From: an uncultured Oscillospiraceae bacterium
GTDB taxonomy: Bacteria > Bacillota > Clostridia > Oscillospirales > Acutalibacteraceae
DNA: 64,000 nt
NCBI GenBank assembly: GCA_900543395.1
Contig: UQQT01000007.1
Span: 6,520 to 70,519 of the forward strand
Reading direction: 5' to 3'
Part shown: in pieces, positions 36,633 to 46,693 of the stretch
Layout: each line of letters starts with the position of its first letter
Numbering within the stretch: the stretch's first letter is position 1
The notes under the pieces: generated by a model
The model's input: only the letters and a program-made list of their open reading frames with translations
The model's database searches: none
Told to the model about the DNA's origin: nothing
Translations under genes and position numbers: made by a program

Positions 36633-38132
36633 ATGAAAAGCAAAAAAATTCCAACGCCTCCCGCCATGAAGCATCCCAACGCGATAGGCATACGCGAGGG
36701 ACTCGGCTACATGTTCGGAGACATAGGAAATCTGCTCGTGCTGACTTTCATTTCAACGTATCTGAAAGTTTTCTACACGGACAGCCTCATGGTCGGCTAT
36801 GACGCCGCAAAAGTTTACAACGACATTACGGTTCTCTTCCTCGCAACCCGTCTGTGGGATGCGATCAACGACCCGCTGTGGGGACTTATCGTCGATTCTC
36901 GCGCACCGAAACCGCAGGGTAAATTCAGACCCTACATTAAATTTGTTTCAATCCCGCTCGGAATTTCCACGATTCTCTGCTTCCTTGAAATCAATAAATT
37001 CATAAGCAGCTACATTGTTCTGCTCATATTCGCATACATAACGTATACGGCATTCGGCATGCTCTATACGGGAATGAACATCCCGTACGGCTCGCTCGCG
37101 TCCGTAATAACCGACGATCCCAAGGGCAGAACTCTCCTGTCGACTTTCCGTTCAATCGGCGGCGGAGTCGGCGGCGCTCCCGTAACACTTATCGGTCAGA
37201 TGATTATTTACGATAAGGTAAAGGACGCGTCGGGAGCTACGGTTTCTTCTTCTTTCAACGGGACAAAAGCGTTTTATCTCGCGGTATTTTTCGGCGTAGT
37301 ATCGGCGATAATGTATCTCGTCTGCTACAAGTCGACGAAAGAACGCGTTAAATCCCCGACAGAGAAAAAGAAGATCGACGTTAAACTCACATACGGCTCG
37401 CTCTTTAAAAGCATTCCGTTCCTCACCGTTACCGTTTCCGGAATATTAATCAGCGGTCTGTTACAGTACGGCTCGTTTAACCAGTATCTTTTCAAAAACT
37501 ATTTCGGCAACTCCGACCTCTCGGTCGTAAACACGCTTTGCACATACGCGCCCATGGCGGCTCTTATTCTGTTTGTTCCGAAGCTTGTCGAAAAATTCGG
37601 TAAGAAAGAGCTTTGCGTATTCGGACTTACCCTCGCTTCACTCGCAAGCATTTTCAACGCGGTATTCCTCCCCTCCGCTCCCGTATACTTCGTAATGCAG
37701 GCTCTTACGGGACTCGGATACTCGTTCATGAGTATTACGAACTGGGCTATCGTTATGGACGTTATCGACTATCAGGAGTATGTAACTCATACAAAGAACG
37801 AGAGCGCGATTTACGCCGTTTATACATTCTCGAGAAAACTCGGACAGACTGTCGCAGACTCGGGCGGAATGCAGCTTCTTAAAAAGACCGGATATTCCGA
37901 TAAGGTCAAGGACACCGTATCTACGGCTAAAGGAACCGTCGGACACAACATTTACAGAATATGCACGATAGTTCCCGCAGTCGTTTACTCTCTTATTTTA
38001 ATACTTACAATAATTTATCCTCTCTCAAAGAAAAAGCTTGTTCCCATACAGGAGGAGCTTATGAGGAGAAGAAACGAACACATGCTCGCTTCTTCCGAGT
38101 CTGATGGAAAGTCTGCGGCTGAAAATCCGTAA
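36633..38132 (+). CDS. GPH-family sugar:cation symporter
   Basis: 12-TM MelB-like profile 'GYMFGDIGNLLVLTFISTYLKVFYTDSL'. Promoter TTGACA-17-TAGAAT upstream. Confidence 0.8.
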   Translation: MKSKKIPTPPAMKHPNAIGIREGLGYMFGDIGNLLVLTFISTYLKVFYTDSLMVGYDAAKVYNDITVLFLATRLWDAINDPLWGLIVDSRAPKPQGKFRPYIKFVSIPLGISTILCFLEINKFISSYIVLLIFAYITYTAFGMLYTGMNIPYGSLASVITDDPKGRTLLSTFRSIGGGVGGAPVTLIGQMIIYDKVKDASGATVSSSFNGTKAFYLAVFFGVVSAIMYLVCYKSTKERVKSPTEKKKIDVKLTYGSLFKSIPFLTVTVSGILISGLLQYGSFNQYLFKNYFGNSDLSVVNTLCTYAPMAALILFVPKLVEKFGKKELCVFGLTLASLASIFNAVFLPSAPVYFVMQALTGLGYSFMSITNWAIVMDVIDYQEYVTHTKNESAIYAVYTFSRKLGQTVADSGGMQLLKKTGYSDKVKDTVSTAKGTVGHNIYRICTIVPAVVYSLILILTIIYPLSKKKLVPIQEELMRRRNEHMLASSESDGKSAAENP

Positions 38133-38237
38133 ATACAAGCAATAAGGACTTCGCTCAAATTAAACGAAGTCCTTGATTTTTTATTTATGACTGTAAAAAA
38201 CGGACGATGAATTCTCACCGTCCGCCGTTATTTATGA

Positions 38238-40016
38238 TCAGCCTAAATCGGGTTCTTTATCAAGAAGTATATAAGGCTTTTTGGTCTTATATCCGTCGAG
38301 TTCAAGAACAGCGATTTCGTTAATGCCCTTCTGAAGTCTGCATGCGGGAAGATATGCGGATCTCTGCGGTCCCTTCTCCCAGTATCTGCTCAAAGGCTTG
38401 CCGTTTATGAATATAAAGCCCTTATTGAGCTCGGGAAGCTTAATAAACGTATCGCACGGATCCTCTTCAATAATAAACTGCGCCTTGAGGAACTGGGGCT
38501 GTTCTTTATATTCGAACGTATCAGCGGGAGTGTAGTTTATCTCGGAAATATCATCAAGAGGAAGCGGATAAACGTCCCAGTTATATACGAACGTCTGACC
38601 GAGTCTTACATTCTGCGTAATACCCTTGGGGTCGCGGAGCTTATGACCGAAGCTGACGCGTCCCATATTCTCTACAAGTATCGAGAGATCGAGACCCTCT
38701 TCGGGAACGCGAACCTCTACTACAGAAGGTTCATCGTTTCTGTTCTGGTCTGCATAGAATTTATTATAAAGATAAATCTTTGCCCTGTCGTGTACTTCGT
38801 TTATAACAAGAGGCATGTAGTCGCGGGGACCCTTTACCATCTTTCTGTAAAGAATGAGTCCGTAGCCCTGACCGTACTTCTCCATGGGCATGGGATTCTT
38901 CGAACGTACGGGAATCGAAAGAACGTCGAGATTGTCAAACAGGTTTGCAAAATGCGTGAACTGAACCTTGCCGTATCTTACCTTCTGAACCTCGGGTTCC
39001 ATTGCTATATCCGCAGGAATCTCCGTGTATTTGGAAAGAAGCTCTTTCATAAGCTTATATTTCTTAGTATAGGCTCCGCTCTCCGTAAGAAGTGCGTCAT
39101 TATCGTAGCTGGATGTTACGCTCTTATACTCATAATCGCAGTTTGCACCGTTCATGAAACCGAAGTTCGTTCCGCCGCAGAACATATAAGTATTAAGACT
39201 CGCTCCGCATTTAAGTGTACGGCTCATTGCGACAGCCGCGTCCTTGGGCGCACGCTGATAATGCTTGTACTCCCACTCGTCGTACCATCCGTTCCAGAAT
39301 TCGGAACAGAAAAGCGGTCCCTCGGGCTGGAAATATTTAAGAGCGTCAAAATGTCTCTCGCCGTTCGCACCGAATTTAACAGCCTTATAAATTCCGTCGA
39401 CTCCGCCGTTTAAAAGCATATGATCGTCCGTACCGTCGGCAGTAAAGAGAGGAACCTCGATACCTCTGTTCCTGATGCCGTCGGCTATGTATTTCATGTA
39501 CTCATTATCGTCGCCGTAGCTGCCGTATTCGTTTTCAACCTGAACGAGAATAATGTTTCCGCCCTTTGTTATCTGATGGGACGCAAGTCTCGGAATAAGC
39601 TCGTCAAAATATCTGTCGACAAAACCGAGATAACGCTCGTTCATACAGCGAACATCGAGGTCGTCGTATTTTAAGAACCACCACGGGAATCCGCCGAACT
39701 CCCAGTCAAGTCCCATGTACGGACCGGGTCTTACGACAGCGTAAAAGCCAAGCTCCGCCGTAAGCTCGATAAAAGCCTCAAGATCGTTCTGCTCGGAGAA
39801 ATCGAAAGTCTCCTCGTCCTTCTGATGGCAGTTCCATGCAACGGGGATATCGACGGTGTTAAAACCGCAGGCTTTCATTTTGAGCAGTCTGTCTTTCCAG
39901 TATGCTCTGGGTATTCTGAAATAATGAACTGAGCCGGACAAAATTCTGAACGGCTCGCCGTCAAGCAAAAAGTCTTCTTTAGAGATAGAGAATGTCTTTA
40001 CATTTTCCATTTGCAT
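38238..40016 (-). CDS. GH35 beta-galactosidase
   Basis: 'FRILSGSVHYFRIPRAYWKDRLLKMKACGFNTVDIPVAWNCHQ...VRPGPYMGLDWEFGGFPWW' is the GH35 signature region. Confidence 0.9.
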   Translation of the reverse strand: MQMENVKTFSISKEDFLLDGEPFRILSGSVHYFRIPRAYWKDRLLKMKACGFNTVDIPVAWNCHQKDEETFDFSEQNDLEAFIELTAELGFYAVVRPGPYMGLDWEFGGFPWWFLKYDDLDVRCMNERYLGFVDRYFDELIPRLASHQITKGGNIILVQVENEYGSYGDDNEYMKYIADGIRNRGIEVPLFTADGTDDHMLLNGGVDGIYKAVKFGANGERHFDALKYFQPEGPLFCSEFWNGWYDEWEYKHYQRAPKDAAVAMSRTLKCGASLNTYMFCGGTNFGFMNGANCDYEYKSVTSSYDNDALLTESGAYTKKYKLMKELLSKYTEIPADIAMEPEVQKVRYGKVQFTHFANLFDNLDVLSIPVRSKNPMPMEKYGQGYGLILYRKMVKGPRDYMPLVINEVHDRAKIYLYNKFYADQNRNDEPSVVEVRVPEEGLDLSILVENMGRVSFGHKLRDPKGITQNVRLGQTFVYNWDVYPLPLDDISEINYTPADTFEYKEQPQFLKAQFIIEEDPCDTFIKLPELNKGFIFINGKPLSRYWEKGPQRSAYLPACRLQKGINEIAVLELDGYKTKKPYILLDKEPDLG

Positions 40017-40221
40017 TACTCTCCTGTTTGAAATGAAGTCGAAACCTACATACCATAATCGTTGATATTATACCATCTGTTTCCGAAAAATACAACCGTA
40101 ATTCGCATTTATTTATAAGTTTTTCTTAAATTTTTTTGAAAATATTGTTTTAACGGGATATTTGCGTTATACTGTATATTGCAGTTTTATGCAAACAATT
40201 TTTCAACGGTGATTTATAAAT

Positions 40222-41466
40222 ATGAAATATCAAAACGACGACAATTACAATCCGTTTTCAAATAACAACGCAAACGACTCCGACGAAAACGATTACTGTT
40301 ATAACGACTCGGACTCCGTAAACGACTATACGACGCCCGGCGACGGCAGATTCGTAAAGGATGACGACGATATCGACTATAATTTCATACGCGACTACGC
40401 CCCCGCGCAAAACCGCGAGGTTCCGAAAAAGGTCACGTCGCCCGCGCAAAGTCCTTATTACAGAGAACCGTATCCGCAGAAAAGAACACGTCCGAGCGAC
40501 GCGCAGATGAAAAAGAAAAGACGGCGCAGAAGCAAGGTAAAAAAAGTTTTTTTATCCGTATTATGCGTTTTTCTCGCGTGCGTAATCGGTGCGGGAGGAT
40601 ATCTGTCCTACCATGTAAATCATATTCTCGACTCGATAAATTATACCGCATACGACAATGTGAATAAATATATTCCGCAGTCCGAGCTTTATCATTCCGA
40701 CGACGTTCTCAATATACTTATAATCGGACTTGACGACGACGAGGGTACCGGCAAGTCACGTTCCGATTCGATGATGCTCGTCAGTCTCGATTCAAAGCAT
40801 AAGAAAATCAAGCTGACTTCTTTTTTAAGAGATATGTGGGTAGACATACCGGATTATACGACCGCAAAGCTCAACGCCGCATGCTCTCACGGAGGAGCCC
40901 AGCTTGTTATAGATACGATAGAAACGAATTTTAAGGTCGATATAGATAATTACGTCATGATCGATTTCGATATCTTCGTCGAAATCGTAAACGAATTGGG
41001 CGGAATCGACGTAGACGTTTCAGAAGCTGAAGCCGCCGCAATGGCTAAATTCGACTGCATAGTGGAACCCGGCGAAAACGTGCATCTCGACGGCGAGCAG
41101 ACGCTGTGGTATGCGAGAATCAGAAAATGCGATTCAGATTTTCAAAGAACAAGCCGTCAGAGAGAGGTTGTAACTCTCCTCTTCGACAAGCTTAAAACAA
41201 AAAACGTAAAAGAGCTTTACGAGTTGGGACTTAACGTTCTTCAAAAGGTTCAGACCGGATTTACGAAGTCAGACCTTAAAAACATAATTGTTAATGTAAA
41301 AAACAGAAGCAGTATAATAAGCTATCTTTCGTACGATATCGAACAGATGTCGATTCCCGCAGACGGAACGTGGAACGACGCGACGATTAAAGGACAGATG
41401 GTTCTCGAGGTCGATATTGACAAAAACACACAGCTTTTAAAAGAATTCATATACGGAGACAATTAG
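40222..41466 (+). CDS. LytR-CpsA-Psr (LCP) family cell-envelope phosphotransferase
   Basis: Disordered Asp/Asn-rich N-terminus, one TM, then 'LNILIIGLDDDEG...SDSMMLVSLD...DIDNYVMIDFD', the LCP domain. Confidence 0.85.
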   Translation: MKYQNDDNYNPFSNNNANDSDENDYCYNDSDSVNDYTTPGDGRFVKDDDDIDYNFIRDYAPAQNREVPKKVTSPAQSPYYREPYPQKRTRPSDAQMKKKRRRRSKVKKVFLSVLCVFLACVIGAGGYLSYHVNHILDSINYTAYDNVNKYIPQSELYHSDDVLNILIIGLDDDEGTGKSRSDSMMLVSLDSKHKKIKLTSFLRDMWVDIPDYTTAKLNAACSHGGAQLVIDTIETNFKVDIDNYVMIDFDIFVEIVNELGGIDVDVSEAEAAAMAKFDCIVEPGENVHLDGEQTLWYARIRKCDSDFQRTSRQREVVTLLFDKLKTKNVKELYELGLNVLQKVQTGFTKSDLKNIIVNVKNRSSIISYLSYDIEQMSIPADGTWNDATIKGQMVLEVDIDKNTQLLKEFIYGDN

Positions 41467-41471
41467 AATTT

Positions 41472-42437
41472 ATGAGGTCATTTACCGTAACAAAAAACGA
41501 CGCGGGCAAACGTCTCGATTCGTTTATAACAAAAACAGCCCCGCTTCTGCCGAAAAATCTTCTGTATAAATACATACGGCTTAAACGCATTAAATTAAAC
41601 GGCAAAAAAAGCGAGATTTCGGCACGTCTTAAAGAAAACGACGTTATCGATATGTATATAAACGACGAATTCTTTGAAAAGAACGAATATACGTATTCGT
41701 TTATGAAAGCCCCGAAGCAGCTTAATATTGTCTACGAGGACGATAATATAATGCTCCTCGACAAAAAAGCGGGTGTACTTTCCCACCCCGACAACGGCGA
41801 GTACATCGACACTCTCATAACCCGCGTTCAGCGTTATCTTTATGAAAAGGGCGAATACGATCCCAAAAATGAAAACTCGTTCGCCCCCGCTCTTGCAAAC
41901 AGGATAGACAGAAACACCGGCGGTATTGTCATAGCGGCAAAAAACGCGCAGACATTAAAAATTCTCAACGAAAAGATTAAGAACCGCGAATTAAAAAAAA
42001 TGTATCTCTGTGTAATCGTCGGATATTTAAAGAAAAAATCGGGAATTCTCGAAAGCTATATGGTTAAAAACGAGCAGAAAAACCGCGTTTTTGTTTACGA
42101 TCACCCCGTTGAGGACGGAAAAACCGCAAAAACCGGCTATAAAGTTCTCGCAGAGTCAAACGGATTAAGCCTTCTCGAAGTCGAGCTTTTCACCGGCAGG
42201 ACGCACCAGATACGCGCACACATGGCTTCGATAGGTCATCCGCTTCTCGGCGACGGAAAATACGGAACTAACTCCGTTAATAAAAAATACGGCGGATACA
42301 AAAAGCAATTTTTATATTCGTACAGGCTCGATTTTGATTTTAAAACCGATTCGGGAATACTCTCCTATCTGGGCGGCAAATCGTTTACCGTCGGCGACGT
42401 GTGGTTCAAAACCGCGTTTTTAAACGGTGAATTGTAA
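41472..42437 (+). CDS. RluA-family 23S rRNA pseudouridine synthase with S4 domain
   Basis: S4-like N-terminus and the catalytic motif 'HQIRAHMASIGHPLLGDGKYG'. Confidence 0.85.
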   Translation: MRSFTVTKNDAGKRLDSFITKTAPLLPKNLLYKYIRLKRIKLNGKKSEISARLKENDVIDMYINDEFFEKNEYTYSFMKAPKQLNIVYEDDNIMLLDKKAGVLSHPDNGEYIDTLITRVQRYLYEKGEYDPKNENSFAPALANRIDRNTGGIVIAAKNAQTLKILNEKIKNRELKKMYLCVIVGYLKKKSGILESYMVKNEQKNRVFVYDHPVEDGKTAKTGYKVLAESNGLSLLEVELFTGRTHQIRAHMASIGHPLLGDGKYGTNSVNKKYGGYKKQFLYSYRLDFDFKTDSGILSYLGGKSFTVGDVWFKTAFLNGEL

Positions 42438-42481
42438 TGATTAAACGAATTTAAGAAAAACATGAATCAAAATATAATTCA

Positions 42482-42519
42482 CGGCTTCGGCGCAAATCAT
42501 CGCCGAAGCCGCGTTTTTA
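42482..42519. terminator. Bidirectional terminator
   Basis: 'cggcttcggcg...cgccgaagccg' stem followed by TTTTT, between convergent genes. Confidence 0.55.
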
Positions 42520-42521
42520 TA

Positions 42522-45260
42522 TTATCTTTGCGAGAAATAGTTTACTATTCCCTGCGCTATCGCCGTCGCATAGAGAGTCTGCCCCGTTTCGTCAGCGAGA
42601 ATTTTCATATTACCCTCGTTTGTCAGATATCCGCACTCTACAAGAACCGACGGACACTCCTCTATTCTCGTAACGGCATACGGGAAAAACCGCGTACCGA
42701 GGTCGAGTCCGTTATACTCGCTTTTCGTTTTGTCCGTATAATAATTATTTCTGTACATACCGACAAGCTGCGTGTGTATTGAGTCGGCAAGGAGCTTTGA
42801 ATAACTCCTGTAATAAAACGTATGCGTACCGTATGCCGACGCGTCGGACGAGCCGTCGCAGTGAATCGAAACAAATACGTCGGGATTCATACTGCGAGCC
42901 GTAAGAACTCTGTCAACAAGCGTAAGCCCCGTACCCGAATTCCTCGTTAAAACCGTTTTGATTCCGTTACTTTCGAGTATATTTTTTACTTTAGAAGCTA
43001 TAGAATACGTTATTTTCTCCTCATATACGCTGCGATTGAACGCATATGTGCCCGTATCGCCGAATCCGCCGTGACCGGGGTCTATCATTACGGTTAAAGC
43101 TGAGATATCCTTAACGTTATGCTTGAATACGAATTTTGTTCCCGCGTCGCCGTCGGGAGTCATTGAATAGCCGTAAAATCCGCCTTTTTTTCTTAAATAA
43201 AGCCGTAATATCACCGCGCCGTTACTGTCTGACAGCCATTCGCACGACGTAAACAGCGGGTCGGCCGAAAAATCAAACGTTCCCGAGCAAGTCGGCGAGT
43301 CATAGAATTTAATATCGACATACTCGCCCTCGCAGGTTTCGACATTATATTTGCGTCCGAGGTAACCCTCTTTATATGTCTGCGGAGCGACCGAAACGAG
43401 CGTACTCGTTCTGAAATTCTGCGAAAAAGTAATCGAAGTCGTATTACCGTCAAGCGAAGCGGAAGTAAGAGAAACCGTATTTTCGGGCAGGACAAAGCCG
43501 TTAATAATATAAACCGAGTTTTCGGCTTTAAATTTTATACCCGAAGTAAGACAGTACATAAATGTGTTTTCATACAGCTTCGTCGAATTTATATACCCGT
43601 ACGTATTTTTAAGCTGCGGAGTAGTCTCCGGAACGGAAAGATCGGAGTTCTCACCGGCGGGCGTTACCTCCGCTCTGTCAGCTGTAATTACGCACATATC
43701 GCGCCTGCCGAGCCCGTTGTCCGAATAAGCGTCGGTACTGCTTTTGCCGTTTATGACCTCGTCGGCAATACCGTTTAAATATCCGCAGAACGAAACGTCG
43801 GATTCGTCTGCCTCGCCCTTAAATCCGAGAGAGTATTGAGCCGTAAATTCGCATCTGTTATCGTCCGAAACAGCCGAAGAAGCCGTCAGCATAATGTATT
43901 CGCCGTTTATAAATGCGAAAACCGAACTGTCCTTATACGCGTTACAGCTTAACGTGACGCTCTTTTTGTTTTCGGATAAAGTAACTTTCGTATCCTTTAT
44001 AATATCCTCGCACACGTCGAAAACATACGAATATCCTGCGTTCATGTGCCGTACTCTTACAATATTTCTGCCGACGGACAGCGGAATTTCCGCTTTGAAT
44101 ATACCGTCCTTATCGGCTGAAAAAACATACCAGGCTCTGTCCGCCGAGTTTCTTATATAAAGAGCATTTTCTTTTCTGCTCGTAACCCCCTCGAATTCGA
44201 GCGATTTTTTATCGTCCGACAGACGAAGCTTTGTTATATTCAGAGCCGTAATATCTATATCGTTATAGCCTTTAAAATACGAATACGCGCTGACGGTGCT
44301 GTTCTTTTTATTTTCAGTCAAAGCGTTTATGTCGTTATATACGATTCCGGACAGCGTGCCGTTATTATAAACACTGCGTATCTGCGAGTATATCTCGTCG
44401 TCCTCTGTCCAATCTCCGCCCGTCGCTGTTTTTTCATTATGCAGAACGCAGTAAATTCTCGCGTCATATTCTTTTGCAAGCGAAGCATAAGCCGAAATTA
44501 TATCCCCGGCGGGAATCGACGACTTCATAGACGAAGTTATATCGGGGAAATACATATCCGCGCAGTTTGAACTTACCCATTTATCAACGACAGAATTCTC
44601 CGTATTCGCCTCAAAGCAAATGCCCGAAGAAAAACCAAAGCTGTCGTTTAAAAACCTTGTAAATGAAGCGAGGGCGGAATCAAAAGCCTCCGCCTTCTTT
44701 TCATCCGTAACATGCTTTGAATAAAAATCCGACACGCCGTTTAATATAACGCCTTTTACGTTATAATCCTTAAACGGCGAAATATAACCGTCGTCCGTTT
44801 TAAACCTTTCACCCTTGAAAACGTCGGAAATATCCGCGCCGATATAAACGTACATTCCCTTAGAGTTTGCATAATCGGACAGATATTTTATCTCGTCAAG
44901 TCCAGAGGACGTAACGTATTTGCCGTCTTTTTTTATATCAATAATCAATCCGTTGACGGACAGAGTCGCCGTAACGTCGATACTGTTCAAAAGCGTGTTT
45001 TTTATTTCGTCGTCGGACTTCTGAATGTCGGAAACCGAATCCGGAGAAATACGGACAAAATGCATATCGAGGAGCGTTTTATCTTCCTGTGTTTTCATAA
45101 AAGAAAAATCAGCTTCGCCCAAAACGAGAGTATTATCTGCTTTTTTGAATATCGAAAGCAGATCAAACGAAAGTCCGACCGCAGTTATAACTCCCGCGCA
45201 AACGACCGAAACCGCGCATATAAAAACTATAAGCAGTATTCTTTTAGTTTTGCTTCTCAT
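42522..45260 (-). CDS. Large cell-wall hydrolase with C-terminal Amidase_3 domain and uncharacterised N-terminal domains
   Basis: N-terminal TM anchor. C-terminus has 'VMIDPGHGG...SIHCDGS', the Amidase_3 motifs. The roughly 700-aa upstream portion has no confident assignment. Confidence 0.7.
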   Translation of the reverse strand: MRSKTKRILLIVFICAVSVVCAGVITAVGLSFDLLSIFKKADNTLVLGEADFSFMKTQEDKTLLDMHFVRISPDSVSDIQKSDDEIKNTLLNSIDVTATLSVNGLIIDIKKDGKYVTSSGLDEIKYLSDYANSKGMYVYIGADISDVFKGERFKTDDGYISPFKDYNVKGVILNGVSDFYSKHVTDEKKAEAFDSALASFTRFLNDSFGFSSGICFEANTENSVVDKWVSSNCADMYFPDITSSMKSSIPAGDIISAYASLAKEYDARIYCVLHNEKTATGGDWTEDDEIYSQIRSVYNNGTLSGIVYNDINALTENKKNSTVSAYSYFKGYNDIDITALNITKLRLSDDKKSLEFEGVTSRKENALYIRNSADRAWYVFSADKDGIFKAEIPLSVGRNIVRVRHMNAGYSYVFDVCEDIIKDTKVTLSENKKSVTLSCNAYKDSSVFAFINGEYIMLTASSAVSDDNRCEFTAQYSLGFKGEADESDVSFCGYLNGIADEVINGKSSTDAYSDNGLGRRDMCVITADRAEVTPAGENSDLSVPETTPQLKNTYGYINSTKLYENTFMYCLTSGIKFKAENSVYIINGFVLPENTVSLTSASLDGNTTSITFSQNFRTSTLVSVAPQTYKEGYLGRKYNVETCEGEYVDIKFYDSPTCSGTFDFSADPLFTSCEWLSDSNGAVILRLYLRKKGGFYGYSMTPDGDAGTKFVFKHNVKDISALTVMIDPGHGGFGDTGTYAFNRSVYEEKITYSIASKVKNILESNGIKTVLTRNSGTGLTLVDRVLTARSMNPDVFVSIHCDGSSDASAYGTHTFYYRSYSKLLADSIHTQLVGMYRNNYYTDKTKSEYNGLDLGTRFFPYAVTRIEECPSVLVECGYLTNEGNMKILADETGQTLYATAIAQGIVNYFSQR

Positions 45261-46161
45261 TGTCTGCCTCCGTCTGTTCCTGTTCGGGCTTGTTATTTAT
45301 TTCAATAATTCTTTTTTTAACGTCGATATGGTCAAAATGCTCACGGTAGCGAACGGAAAGAGTCGATTTCTTTTTGCAGTTCCTGCAGTAAAACGTCGCT
45401 CTGAACGCCTGATTGACAACGCGCCACTCTGTAATGCGTTTCATATAATTACGGCACTCTGCGCACGGACAGACCATTTTGCTCCTGTCTATGCGTTCGT
45501 CGTGAATGTCCGTTATGTTCTTTGCTTTAAACATAAGACGTTTGTAGAAATTCCTGTCGCACTCGTGAATATACGAGGAAACCTCCTCTTCATTATACGC
45601 TTTTTTAAGACACCGCCATGTAAGCAGGCTGTCGTCGAGCGCGCGGTGGGTCGAGAATTCGCTTACGTCGATACCGAACAGCGCGGCGGCCGCCGAAAGA
45701 CCGATCTGCTGATTTGTGTCGAGTTTTAAATGATTCTGACAGAATCTCTGCGCGTCTGCATAAAACCCGATAAACGGGATATAATCCGTATCGCAGAAGC
45801 ATATAAGATTTTCAAGCAGAACGTGCAGATCTGTATTACCCCACGACATAAAAACACATTCCCTGTCGCCGAGCCATTTCGTAAAATCCGACAGCGCACG
45901 GTCAAATCCGACTCCGCCGTACATGTCCTCGTTTGTAATGTGCGTCAGGTCTTTTACCCGCCCGCTTAATTTTTTTGAAAGCTGAGATCGTATCAAAACG
46001 GAAAAAGTGTCAACAACGTCCATGTTTTCGTCAATCATTACGGCTCCTATTTCAATTATTTCATTGAAAAAAGCTTTCACGGCTTTATTATACGCGTTGT
46101 TCCACTCTAAATCCATGACAACATAATACAATACGATCACACCTAAAACATATCTATTCAA
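45244..46161 (-). CDS. DEDDh 3'-5' exonuclease with C-terminal zinc ribbon
   Basis: Exo I 'MDLEWN', Exo II 'WGNTDLHVL', Exo III 'HRALDDS', then 'CPCAECRNY...CRNCKK'. Overlaps the amidase gene by 17 nt. Confidence 0.7.
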   Translation of the reverse strand: MNRYVLGVIVLYYVVMDLEWNNAYNKAVKAFFNEIIEIGAVMIDENMDVVDTFSVLIRSQLSKKLSGRVKDLTHITNEDMYGGVGFDRALSDFTKWLGDRECVFMSWGNTDLHVLLENLICFCDTDYIPFIGFYADAQRFCQNHLKLDTNQQIGLSAAAALFGIDVSEFSTHRALDDSLLTWRCLKKAYNEEEVSSYIHECDRNFYKRLMFKAKNITDIHDERIDRSKMVCPCAECRNYMKRITEWRVVNQAFRATFYCRNCKKKSTLSVRYREHFDHIDVKKRIIEINNKPEQEQTEADNEKQN

Positions 46162-46283
46162 GTATAGTCTACTACATAACCGCAGTATTTGTCAAACAGT
46201 GTCGTAAAATATTTTATATGTCGTTGAAAAATTATATTGCATGAAGTATAATATAAATAATAAAACAAAACGGAGGTTATAAA

Positions 46284-46481
46284 ATGGAAAAAGTATTTAA
46301 AGTATCGGGAATGATGTGTTCACACTGTGAAAAAAGAGTCGAAAAGGCAGTCTCGGCAACAGACGGAGTATCGGCAGTAAAAGCCGATTCGGCTAACGGA
46401 ACATGCTCCGTTACGTTCGAAAATGCAAGCGAATCCGATATCAAAAAGGCAATTACCGACGCGGGTTATACGGTTGAATAA
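46284..46481 (+). CDS. copZ: Copper chaperone CopZ (HMA domain)
   Basis: 'MMCSHCEKRVEKAV' metal-binding MxCxxC motif. Promoter TTGAAA-17-TATAAT upstream. Confidence 0.85.
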   Translation: MEKVFKVSGMMCSHCEKRVEKAVSATDGVSAVKADSANGTCSVTFENASESDIKKAITDAGYTVE

Positions 46482-46693
46482 AAAAAAATAGCAATATATT
46501 CGCCGACAGATGTTATCCGACATTAGTCGGCATTTTGTTTAAAAATTATATATAATCAACAAGCATTTTTCTTTATTGGGTGTATAAATTTATATCCCGT
46601 ATTAATTAATAAACATAATACAGATTGAACGTCGCGTATATTTTTGATATAATTCAAATGTATGTATTTTTACAATATTTGGAGGTAATATTA

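Noticed and set aside
38643-39413. 256-aa plus-strand ORF inside the GH35 gene
   Set aside because: It lies antisense to a high-confidence beta-galactosidase and has no independent signals.
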